Source of the DNA: Polyangiales bacterium
GTDB lineage: Bacteria > Myxococcota_A > Polyangia > Polyangiales > Polyangiaceae
NCBI GenBank assembly: GCA_038230375.1
Contig: JBBRNJ010000005.1
Coordinates: 137,264-201,263, forward strand
Reading direction: 5' to 3'
Length of the DNA: 64,000 bases
Shown: positions 1 through 7,853 of the stretch, in pieces
How the letters are laid out: every line of letters begins with the position of its first letter
How positions within the stretch are numbered: position 1 is the first letter of the stretch
Position numbers and translations under genes: made by a program
The notes under the pieces: generated by a model
Told to the model about the DNA's origin: nothing
The model's input: the letters and a program-made list of their open reading frames with translations, nothing else
Databases searched by the model: none

Positions 1-45
1 TTCCCCGCCCTTGTCTTTTCCGCGGAACAAATCGAATAGACCCAT
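1..45 (-). CDS. 5' fragment of a gene running off the window edge (MGLFDLFRGKDKGGE...), product unknown
   Basis: ATG at 45 on the minus strand with an open frame to position 1; protein-like N-terminus; only 15 codons visible. Confidence 0.5.
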   Translation of the reverse strand, partial: MGLFDLFRGKDKGGE

Positions 46-217
46 GGGATACGCAGACTCCTGACGAGATGATCTAGCTCAAAAAACAGGCTGCCCACGC
101 ATGAAGCGAGGACAGCCCGAATGTGGTCACGAAGTGGCGTGGGTCAATTGCCCAGAGAGACTTGTGGAGCGCCTTGCGTGCTTGCGTTCACGCATTCACG
201 TAGCATGCTCCGTGAAT

Positions 218-1645
218 TCACGGAAGAGGCACGGCCAGGAAGTTAACCTGTCCGTCGACTGTCTGGACCTTGTAGCGAACCGGACGGCCGTGCTTCTGGT
301 GCGCGTCCTGCTCCATGCCCTGGATACGAGTCTTGAACGTGTCCGGGGTGATGTGGTCCGTCGCCTCGCCAAGGCCTTTTTTCGCGGCGATGTACTCCGC
401 GAAGATACGCCCGTAGTAAGCGGCTTCCGCCTCCTGCTTCAGCGCGGATGCATCCACGGACTCGCCGCTGCCTGCGCCGCCGCCCTTGTCGACGGACATC
501 GCGTCGGAGAAGTTCGCCGCGGATGGCGCCTTGGAGACACGGCCCTGGTCGTCCGTGGTGTCTTCCTCGATGCCCATCAGCTGATTCAAGAGCTGATCGA
601 TCCGGAAGCCGAGGCCGCCGAGATCCGGATGCTCGAGCTCGAAGCGCTTGTCGGTCTGGCCGTTGAGGATGGCAAGGAGGCCCTCCTCGAGGACGCCGAT
701 AGGCTTCGAGATGTAGTCGCCCAGGAACCAGCCGCCGATGACGACGAGGATGAGGCCAAGGAGCGTCGACATAAGGACGTAGAGCGGGATGTTCTTGGCA
801 TCCGCGAGCAGCGTGGTGGGCGACGCGACGATGACCGCCGCGTGCTTGCCATCGCCGAAGTTGTCGAGGGGCGCTGCAGCAAGGAACACGTCCCCAGACT
901 GCGCCGTCTCCACGTGGCCGCTCGAAAGCGCGGTCTTGAGGTCCGCCTTCAGCGCGGCGTTCGCGGCGGCCTTCAGGTCGTCCGTTGCACCGATCGAGCT
1001 CGCAGCGAGCGACACATCCGCGCCGTTCGCGATCGCGAGCATGACGCCGCGCCCAGTGTTGTTCTCGCCGACGCCGAGCTCGTCCCCGAGCGGAACGCCC
1101 ATGACGAGCGCGCCGACCGGCTTCGAGTCGTTCGTGACCTGGACGTACGCGACCATGTACTGGCCCGTCTGGCTGACCCACACGTCCGAGCCGGACTGGC
1201 CCTTCGCGATGGTCTCCTTCAAGAGCGGGTGCTGCGCCGCGACGTCCTGACCGGCGGAGAGCGCCGAACCATTCTGGCCGACAGCCTTGCCTTGGGCGTC
1301 GATCACCATGACGAGCGACGGCGGGTTTCCGGAGAAAGTCTGCTTGGCCGCAGACAGCACACGGTCCGCAAGCGCGACGGCCGCATCGGCGCGCGCGTTT
1401 GCAGTGGAGCGTGTGAGCGCGTCCGCCGCCGTGGGCTCCTGGGCCTTGCCCGCAAGCCAGCGCTCGGCGCGAAGGCCGTCGAGCTGGAGCCTTGCGGCTG
1501 CGCTCTGGGCATCACGTTTGGCGCGCTCGGTGAGCGCTGCGGGGTTCGACGCGGCGGTCACCAACGTCTGCCTCACGATCGCGAAGGCCAGGAGCCCCGT
1601 GATCAGGACGATGACCGCATTGACTGCGATGATCTTGTTTCGCAT
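218..1645 (-). CDS. Myxobacterial membrane protein: two TM helices, periplasmic Cache-like domain, HAMP-like segment and MXAN_5187-like C-terminal domain
   Basis: Start moved to MRNKIIAVNAVIVLITG (1645); second TM LYVLMSTLLGLILVVIGGWFLG followed by KPIGVLEEGLLAILNG (HAMP-like); C-terminal YYGRIFAEYIAAKKGLGE...VRYKVQTVDGQVNFLAVP resembles the MXAN_5187 C-terminal family. Confidence 0.7.
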   Translation of the reverse strand: MRNKIIAVNAVIVLITGLLAFAIVRQTLVTAASNPAALTERAKRDAQSAAARLQLDGLRAERWLAGKAQEPTAADALTRSTANARADAAVALADRVLSAAKQTFSGNPPSLVMVIDAQGKAVGQNGSALSAGQDVAAQHPLLKETIAKGQSGSDVWVSQTGQYMVAYVQVTNDSKPVGALVMGVPLGDELGVGENNTGRGVMLAIANGADVSLAASSIGATDDLKAAANAALKADLKTALSSGHVETAQSGDVFLAAAPLDNFGDGKHAAVIVASPTTLLADAKNIPLYVLMSTLLGLILVVIGGWFLGDYISKPIGVLEEGLLAILNGQTDKRFELEHPDLGGLGFRIDQLLNQLMGIEEDTTDDQGRVSKAPSAANFSDAMSVDKGGGAGSGESVDASALKQEAEAAYYGRIFAEYIAAKKGLGEATDHITPDTFKTRIQGMEQDAHQKHGRPVRYKVQTVDGQVNFLAVPLP

Positions 1646-1704
1646 TCCCCGAACGCCTCCGACTGCGCGGCCACGTCCCCGTGTGCCGCAGGTTGGGCCA
1701 GGCT

Positions 1705-1731
1705 CAGAACTGAAACCAGAACTGAGACCAG
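1705..1731. repeat. 12-bp tandem repeat CAGAACTGARAC x2 plus partial
   Basis: cagaactgaaac cagaactgagac cag in the divergent intergenic region. Confidence 0.7.
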
Positions 1732-1809
1732 CCACGTTTCGCCCAGGACGCGCATGCGCCGAGCACGCCCAAGCTATCACCGCCCGCTTTCGCGCGGCAA
1801 CAACGCATT

Positions 1810-1845
1810 GCCATCTTCACCGCCATCTTCACCGCCATCTTCACC
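1810..1845. repeat. Perfect 12-bp tandem repeat GCCATCTTCACC x3
   Basis: Read directly at 1810-1821, 1822-1833 and 1834-1845. Confidence 0.9.
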
Positions 1846-1916
1846 CACGGAGTTCTGCGTTGCCTTTGTCCGCTCCCCCTTCCCGCGCCACGGGCCGCCG
1901 CGTATGCTGAAAAGAC

Positions 1917-2948
1917 ATGTCGTCTCCCGCCGCCGAGGCCGCGCTCCTCGTCGATGACCCTCGATTTTCGGACCACGCGCCGCCGGCCTACCATCCAGAG
2001 CGTCCGGAGCGGCTCATTGCCGCACGGGCGGCGGTCGCCCGCGCAGACGTTGTGTGGTCGGCGCTCGCGCCCACGCGGGCCACGGACGACGCGCTCGTCC
2101 GCGTGCACAGCGCGGCCTATCTCGCCGAGCTCGAGCGGATGAACGGCAAGAAGGGCTACATCGACCCGGACACCTACGTGAACGAGTCGAGCATCGAGGT
2201 CGCGCGCCTCGCCGCTGGCAGCGTCGCAGCGATGGTCTCGCAGATCGTGAGCGGCCCCGTGAAGCGGGGCGTCGCGCTGGTCCGGCCGCCGGGTCACCAT
2301 GCGCGCGAGTCGCAGGCCATGGGCTTCTGCCTCTTCAACAACGTGGCGGTCGCCGCCGCGGAGGCGCGTGCGCTCGGCCTGCCGCGCGTAGCCATCGTTG
2401 ACTTCGACGTGCATCACGGCAACGGAACGCAGGAGATGTTCTACGCGGATCCCAGCGTCCTCTATGTCTCCACGCACCAGTTTCCTTTCTATCCAGGCAC
2501 CGGCGCGCTCGACGAGACTGGCACTGGTGATGGAAAGGGCTTCACGCTCAACGTCCCCATGACGGCGGGCGGCGGCGACGCGGTGTATCGCGGCGCGTTC
2601 GAGCGCGTGATCCTTCCCGTGCTGGATGCGTTCGCGCCGAGCATCATCCTGGTCAGCGCGGGCTTCGACGCGAGCCTGCGCGATCCGCTCGCGGAGATGA
2701 CGCTCGACTCCGCCGCGTTCGGGTGGATGTCACGCGCGCTCCGGAAGGTCGCGGACAAGCATTCGGAAGGACGCATCGGCATGGTCCTCGAGGGCGGCTA
2801 CGACCTGGTCGCGCTCGAAGGCGGCCTGCTCTCGGCCATCCACGGAATGGTCAACCACGACGCCGAGGAGATCCTGCGCGACGTCGACCACGACGATCTC
2901 GATCGCGCCGAAGCGACCGCGCGCCGCGCCTGGGCCCAAGCTCTGTAG
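1917..2948 (+). CDS. Histone deacetylase family (AcuC/acetylpolyamine amidohydrolase-like) Zn deacylase
   Basis: HPERPER, RPPGHHA, GFCLFNN, DFDVHHGNGTQ, SAGFD and LEGGY motifs. Confidence 0.95.
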   Translation: MSSPAAEAALLVDDPRFSDHAPPAYHPERPERLIAARAAVARADVVWSALAPTRATDDALVRVHSAAYLAELERMNGKKGYIDPDTYVNESSIEVARLAAGSVAAMVSQIVSGPVKRGVALVRPPGHHARESQAMGFCLFNNVAVAAAEARALGLPRVAIVDFDVHHGNGTQEMFYADPSVLYVSTHQFPFYPGTGALDETGTGDGKGFTLNVPMTAGGGDAVYRGAFERVILPVLDAFAPSIILVSAGFDASLRDPLAEMTLDSAAFGWMSRALRKVADKHSEGRIGMVLEGGYDLVALEGGLLSAIHGMVNHDAEEILRDVDHDDLDRAEATARRAWAQAL

Positions 2949-3040
2949 CCTGGTGTTTTCGGTCGATACCGGCTTGGTCTCGACCGAAACCACCGACGGC
3001 TCCTCGTGCGACTGTCGAGAGAACCGGAGTTTAGATGCAG

Positions 3041-3113
3041 GGTGACCGACGGGGTTTGAACCCGCGACAGCCGGAGCCACAGTCCGGCGCTCTACCAACT
3101 GAGCTACGGCCAC
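3041..3113 (-). tRNA. tRNA-His(GUG)
   Basis: Reverse complement GTGGCCG TAGCTCAGTTGGTAGAGC G CCGGA CTGTGGC TCCGG CTGTC GCGGG TTCAAAC CCCGT CGGTCAC C folds as a cloverleaf; anticodon GTG; CCA not fully encoded. Confidence 0.97.
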
Positions 3114-3149
3114 ATGAGCCTCCGACCAGATGGGCGAAGGCACGACGGG

Positions 3150-3177
3150 AACTTACTCGTGCGTCAGGACGGCGCAA
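3150..3177 (-). promoter_or_regulatory. Putative sigma70-type promoter for tRNA-His
   Basis: Minus strand TTGCGC-16 nt-TAAGTT preceded by an A-tract, about 35 nt upstream of the tRNA. Confidence 0.4.
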
Positions 3178-3234
3178 GCCTTTTTTTGGCGCTTCTCCTG
3201 CCACTGGCGCGTGGGCGGGCGCTCTCGCTCAGGC

Positions 3235-3603
3235 CTACCGCGCGCGGGCAGCCGCTCTTGATAGCGTTCGCGTGCTCTGGTTCACGCGGCGCCATTCTTC
3301 GCGCGTGATCACGCCGTCGGATGCGGCGTCCGCGAGGACCTTCTTGACCTCGCTCACGCTCATCTCGAAACGACCGCGGACCTCGCGCGCACGCTCCGTG
3401 GACAGCTTGCGACGAACGATGCGGGTCTCCATCCGCTCGCGAGCGTGCAGCACGCGCTCGTCCACCTTGTGGGAGTACTCCGCCGCGGGCATCGGAAAAC
3501 GCCCGTGCCGCGCCGAAGCGCCAGCGACCGACGCCGTCGTCATGAGCGCCAACACAGAGCCAATGCACAACCCCCGAAACAACATCCCCTCCGGAACTAG
3601 CAC
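3235..3603 (-). CDS. Hypothetical small exported helical protein
   Basis: 122-aa ORF with hydrophobic signal-like N-terminus, charged helical body and DGVITREE (EF-hand-like) segment; start uncertain. Confidence 0.6.
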   Translation of the reverse strand: MLVPEGMLFRGLCIGSVLALMTTASVAGASARHGRFPMPAAEYSHKVDERVLHARERMETRIVRRKLSTERAREVRGRFEMSVSEVKKVLADAASDGVITREEWRRVNQSTRTLSRAAARAR

Positions 3604-3666
3604 CTCTCCCCGTAAACGTCGCGCCTCGTGATACCCGGAGCGGTAGAACGTGAACGTGCCCGATCC

Positions 3667-3749
3667 TCGAGGTCGAGGTCGAGGTCGAGGTCGAGGTCGA
3701 AGTCGAAGTTGAAGTCGAGGTCGAAGTCGAGGTCGAGGCCGAGGTCGAG
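3667..3749. repeat. Hexamer tandem array (TCGAGG/TCGAAG) about 14 units
   Basis: Read directly; abuts the stop codon of the minus-strand gene at 3750. Confidence 0.95.
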
Positions 3750-4595
3750 CTACTGACTACACGGATCCGGCAGCGGGGTCGGTGGCGACCCAGCCTCTGA
3801 CGTCACGAACGTCAGCCCGATCGAGATCCCACTGCACGCAGCCCCCACGATCTGCGTGCCGTCCGCGCCGATATCCGACGACTGCTGCATCGTCGTGAGC
3901 AGCTGGTCGATCCCCATGCCCATGCAAAGGTTGCCGTTCACGCGCCCCGCGGTGGCGCGCACCTCCTCGACGAACGCCGCGGTCTGTATGACGCCCGAGA
4001 ACGTTCCACCGCCACCGGCGAAGCTGGACACGGCGGCCTCTGCCACGGGGATCGAAAGTCCCTGCTGAGCGCCGCCTATGTAGACGATGCCTTTGCCGTC
4101 GGTGATGTCCACGAACACGGCCGACGTTGCGAAGAAGGTTGGTGAGATGAGCTGCTTGATCGGCCCGAGCACCACATGGCCGAACGCGTTGTCCGTGCCA
4201 TTCACTCCATCCAGCTGGACCACGCGCGAGCCATTCAGCGGAGGTGTGCACACGTTCGTATCGGTGGTGTGGGTGCAGAGCCCGTCCAGGTTGTACCCGA
4301 GGTCCATCCACTCGTTCGCGTAGGGCCCGCCGTCCGGGAAGTGGTCGCCAAAGTTCACGCCATGCAATGCGATGGTGACGCTCGTCGCCGCCATGATCGG
4401 CGGGCGATGCGGCAGGCACGTGTCCGCATCGGGCGTCTCCATCGCAGCCTCCGCCGTTGCATCGACGATGTGACCCGCATCCGCGACGACGCCAGCGTCG
4501 TCCACGCTCTGCGTGCTCTTCGATCCGCAAGCGATGGCAAGCGCACAGAGTGTGGTCGCAAGCGAGCGCCGTGTCGCCTTGGTCATCCCCTGCAT
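3750..4595 (-). CDS. Myxobacterial lipoprotein of unknown function
   Basis: Lipobox ALAIAC-G, DAG-rich linker, GYNLDGLCT...DGVNGTDNAFG and CSGISIGLTF segments. Confidence 0.8.
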   Translation of the reverse strand: MQGMTKATRRSLATTLCALAIACGSKSTQSVDDAGVVADAGHIVDATAEAAMETPDADTCLPHRPPIMAATSVTIALHGVNFGDHFPDGGPYANEWMDLGYNLDGLCTHTTDTNVCTPPLNGSRVVQLDGVNGTDNAFGHVVLGPIKQLISPTFFATSAVFVDITDGKGIVYIGGAQQGLSIPVAEAAVSSFAGGGGTFSGVIQTAAFVEEVRATAGRVNGNLCMGMGIDQLLTTMQQSSDIGADGTQIVGAACSGISIGLTFVTSEAGSPPTPLPDPCSQ

Positions 4596-4610
4596 GTAGC
4601 ACCACCGGAG

Positions 4611-4982
4611 CTAGCCGACGATCGCGCCTTCTACGTAGGTGATTGTCACGCCGTTCTCGTTCATGGTGACCGCAGCCACGTCTATTCTCACGCGCTCGAT
4701 CTCGCGTCGCGTTCGCAGCTCGGAGCTCCAGAGTCGTCGCGTCGCGCGGAGTAGATTGCGCCGCTTCTCCGCCCTGATCGACGAGAGCCCCGTGTCGTAC
4801 GAGGAGGCCGCCCGTGTGCGCACCTCCACGACCACGAGGAGCGGGCCCTTCTCCGCAATGATGTCGATCTCGAGCGGCCCGAGCCGGCGATTCCTCGCGG
4901 TCACCCGGAAGCCGCGCACTGCCAGGTAGTCGCAAACGGCCTGCTCGGCCGCGCGCCCCCGCTCGTGCCTCTTGTCGCCCAT
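4611..4982 (-). CDS. yraN: YraN family (UPF0102) putative endonuclease
   Basis: GRAAEQAVCDYL..RGF..ARNRR...EIDIIAEKG..LVVVEVRTR, RIDVAAV. Confidence 0.92.
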   Translation of the reverse strand: MGDKRHERGRAAEQAVCDYLAVRGFRVTARNRRLGPLEIDIIAEKGPLLVVVEVRTRAASSYDTGLSSIRAEKRRNLLRATRRLWSSELRTRREIERVRIDVAAVTMNENGVTITYVEGAIVG

Positions 4983-5010
4983 GCTCTCGAGCCCGGCTTG
5001 CGATTGCCGG

Positions 5011-5628
5011 TCAGTTACACTTGTGGGTGTTCGAGTCGCAGATCGAGTCGCAGACCTTGCTCGCGTTGTACGCCGTGCCGTTCTTCACGCAGTAACCACC
5101 GGTGAGACCTTCGTTGCCGATGCCCGTCGCGGCGACGAGCTGGTTGCACTTGAAGCCATCGGGGCACGCGCAGTACACGGCGCCATCATCCGTCTTGCCG
5201 TCGACGTTCTGGCAGCGGCACGAGCAGTACACGGCCTTGTCGGACGTGCGGTCGGTGCACTGCGGCTGGACCGCAGCGAGCGCGTTCTTGTCACTCGGGT
5301 TGCCGAGCACGTTCGAGTCGGTGCCGGGGACCTTGCATGCCTTGTCACCCGAGAGCGCGGCGCCCGTGGCGTCCTGTCCGTAGGCGCACGACACGCGGCC
5401 CTGGAAGTGATTCACGAGGCACAGACGGGTCTGGCACTGGAAGCTCTTCGACTCGACGCTGACCTGCTTGTAGTCGAAGCCGTTGAAGTCGGTGTTGTAC
5501 TCCTGCTCTGGAGTGCACGGGTCACCGATGCCGGTGCTTCCGCATCCCGGAAACACGGCGACCATCACCAGGGAGGCAACTGCAACGATTCCGAGGGCGC
5601 CTGCACTCGACAGCGAACGATTCATCAT
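5011..5628 (-). CDS. cglC: Cysteine-rich lipoprotein, probable CglC/GltK homologue
   Basis: Lipobox FPGC-G; IGDPC, CQTRLCL and YCSCRC cysteine pattern like gliding lipoprotein CglC/GltK; divergent from gltC. Confidence 0.55.
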   Translation of the reverse strand: MMNRSLSSAGALGIVAVASLVMVAVFPGCGSTGIGDPCTPEQEYNTDFNGFDYKQVSVESKSFQCQTRLCLVNHFQGRVSCAYGQDATGAALSGDKACKVPGTDSNVLGNPSDKNALAAVQPQCTDRTSDKAVYCSCRCQNVDGKTDDGAVYCACPDGFKCNQLVAATGIGNEGLTGGYCVKNGTAYNASKVCDSICDSNTHKCN

Positions 5629-6055
5629 GAACGAGCACTCCTACGCAGTTAGAATGCGGTGCCGCGGGAAACCTAAACCGTTGAAGTGAAAGGCGTCAAG
5701 CGAAAGCACGGGCTGAGACGCTCGTTGCAAGCGTCGCGCTCTTGAGACGGGCTTTCTTCATCGGTTCGCGACACACCCAACACCAAGAACCATGGCCTTT
5801 GCGGGTTCCATTCATCGCACATTCGTCGCATCTGGCCGAAGACCGGCCGTAGACCCCCACTACACACGGAAAAACGCTTGTGAGACGGGGCCTAGCCCTT
5901 GACGTTCCGTGACGCTCTCAATAGCATCGCCGCCGCTAATCCTAGTATCTGGCCAACATCGTTCACGTTTTGGCCGTCCGTTTCTGACCGCTGTTTCTGA
6001 CCCTGTTCTCATCTCCTTTCTGGCAACCCCCCCGATCTCTCCCGAGGAAACGACG

Positions 6056-7849
6056 ATGCGAAAGCTTCTCGACAAGGCCCGCGCCCGCGCCCTTTTTCTG
6101 GCGCCGGTTCTCGCGATCGCGCTCGCTGCCAATCCGGCGCAGGCACAGAAGCCGAAGAAACCAAACTCGGGTCAGCCAGCCAAGCCGCCGAAGGGTGGAG
6201 CGAAGCCGCCCGCGGGCGGTGGTGGCGCCGACATCGAGATCGATGATCCCAACACGCCGCCGGCCGGTGGTGGTGGCGGAGGAGCCGCGAAGGCAACGGA
6301 CAACGCGCCGCCTCCGCAAGCTGGACAGATGACGGAGCAGGCCGCGCAGGCAAAACGCCTCTTTGACGGCGAGAAGTGGGCGGACGCATCGCTCGCGCTC
6401 TACCGCGTCTACAAGGGCGAGACCGGCGACGACGAGGGCAACAAGCAGCTCGCGCAGTACCACCTTGCGATCGCGCTCTACCGCTTGAAGTTCTACCAGG
6501 CCGCGTACGGCATCTTCTCCGAGATCGCCGACAAGCCGAACCACCTCAAGTTCAACGAGACCTTGCTGTGGCTCTCGAAGCTCGCGACCGACTTGCCGGA
6601 GCCCGCCGACATTGTCGAGCGCGTCGGCAAGTACAGCGACGCGCAGGTCAGCAAGTTCGACAACTCGAACCAGCGCGAGCTCTTCTGGCACCTCAACTAT
6701 CTGCTGGGTCGCTACAAGTACAAGAACCGCCAGTACGAGGAGGCGCTCCGCCTGTTCGGCAAGGTCGCGCGCGAGTCGAAGTACTACATCAAGGCGCAGT
6801 TCTTCAGCGGCATCTCCAACGTGCAGCTCCGCAAGAGCGTGCCCGCGGTCGAGTCGTTCCGCCGCATCGTCGGCGCGATCGAAGAGGGCGTCGAGGGCCT
6901 CGAGGACGAGGGCCGCATGCGCGACCTCGCGCTCCTTTCCATTGCCCGCACCATGTACTCGAAGTCCGTCTCGATCGACGAGGCGTCAGGCGCTCCGAAG
7001 ATCAGCCAGGACCACCTCTCACAGGCCGTCATTTACTGGAACAAGGTCGACGTCGCGTCGGAGTACTGGCTCGACGGCCTCTTCGAGGAGTCGTGGGCCT
7101 ACTTCATGGCCGGTGACTACGCGCACTCGCTCGGCAACATCCACACGATCCAGGCGCCGTACTTCCCGAACTCGTACTACCCGGAGGCGGAGATCCTCAA
7201 GGCGGTCATCTACTTCTCGAACTGCCAGTACGACGACGCCACGATCATCGTCGCGAAGTTCCAGCAGCGCTACCAGCCGCTCTACGACGACCTCAACAAG
7301 GTCCTTGGCAAGTTCAAGGGCGAGAACCAGGAAGAGCCCTTCTACAAATTCTTGAAGGACGTTCGTGACGGCAAGGCGGACCTTCCGCCGCGCACGAAGA
7401 CCGTCGTCGAGAACGCGCTCTCCGACCGCTCGCTCCTCCGTCACCTCCAGTACGTGCAGGTGCTCGACGACGAGGGCAACCGCTTCAAGAAGGCGCCCGG
7501 CAGCTTCCAGAACTCGCCGCTCGGCAACGACGTCAAGGACGCGCTCCAGCTCGCCCGCGACATCGCGGTCCGTAACGCAGGTCAGCTCGCGAAGGAGCGC
7601 TACGAGCGAAACCTCGCGGAGCTCAACGAGCACCTTCGTGACAGCGCGAAGATCCTCATCGATATCACCGCCGCCCAGCGTAACCAGCTGGACCAGGCCA
7701 TCCAGGGTAGCCAGGTGTCGGTCCAAGAATCCCAGCGCAACATCGTCAAAGCAGACGACGAGCACGTCATCTGGCCGTTCGACGGCGAGTACTGGCGTGA
7801 TGAGCTCGGGTTCTATCGTCAGACCATCACCTCGAAGTGTGGGAGGTAG
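6056..7849 (+). CDS. gltC: Adventurous gliding motility TPR protein GltC
   Basis: SD GAGGA then MRKLL signal peptide; TPR helices; C-terminal WPFDGEYWRDELGFYR..C characteristic of GltC. Confidence 0.8.
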   Translation: MRKLLDKARARALFLAPVLAIALAANPAQAQKPKKPNSGQPAKPPKGGAKPPAGGGGADIEIDDPNTPPAGGGGGGAAKATDNAPPPQAGQMTEQAAQAKRLFDGEKWADASLALYRVYKGETGDDEGNKQLAQYHLAIALYRLKFYQAAYGIFSEIADKPNHLKFNETLLWLSKLATDLPEPADIVERVGKYSDAQVSKFDNSNQRELFWHLNYLLGRYKYKNRQYEEALRLFGKVARESKYYIKAQFFSGISNVQLRKSVPAVESFRRIVGAIEEGVEGLEDEGRMRDLALLSIARTMYSKSVSIDEASGAPKISQDHLSQAVIYWNKVDVASEYWLDGLFEESWAYFMAGDYAHSLGNIHTIQAPYFPNSYYPEAEILKAVIYFSNCQYDDATIIVAKFQQRYQPLYDDLNKVLGKFKGENQEEPFYKFLKDVRDGKADLPPRTKTVVENALSDRSLLRHLQYVQVLDDEGNRFKKAPGSFQNSPLGNDVKDALQLARDIAVRNAGQLAKERYERNLAELNEHLRDSAKILIDITAAQRNQLDQAIQGSQVSVQESQRNIVKADDEHVIWPFDGEYWRDELGFYRQTITSKCGR

Positions 7850-7853
7850 GTAT

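Noticed and set aside
101..1957. 618-aa plus-strand ORF
   Set aside because: Antisense shadow of the minus-strand membrane protein; Arg/Leu-rich with no motifs, typical of high-GC codon bias
3041..4600. Integrative element at tRNA-His
   Set aside because: No integrase and no duplicated tRNA 3' end noticed; flanking genes look native
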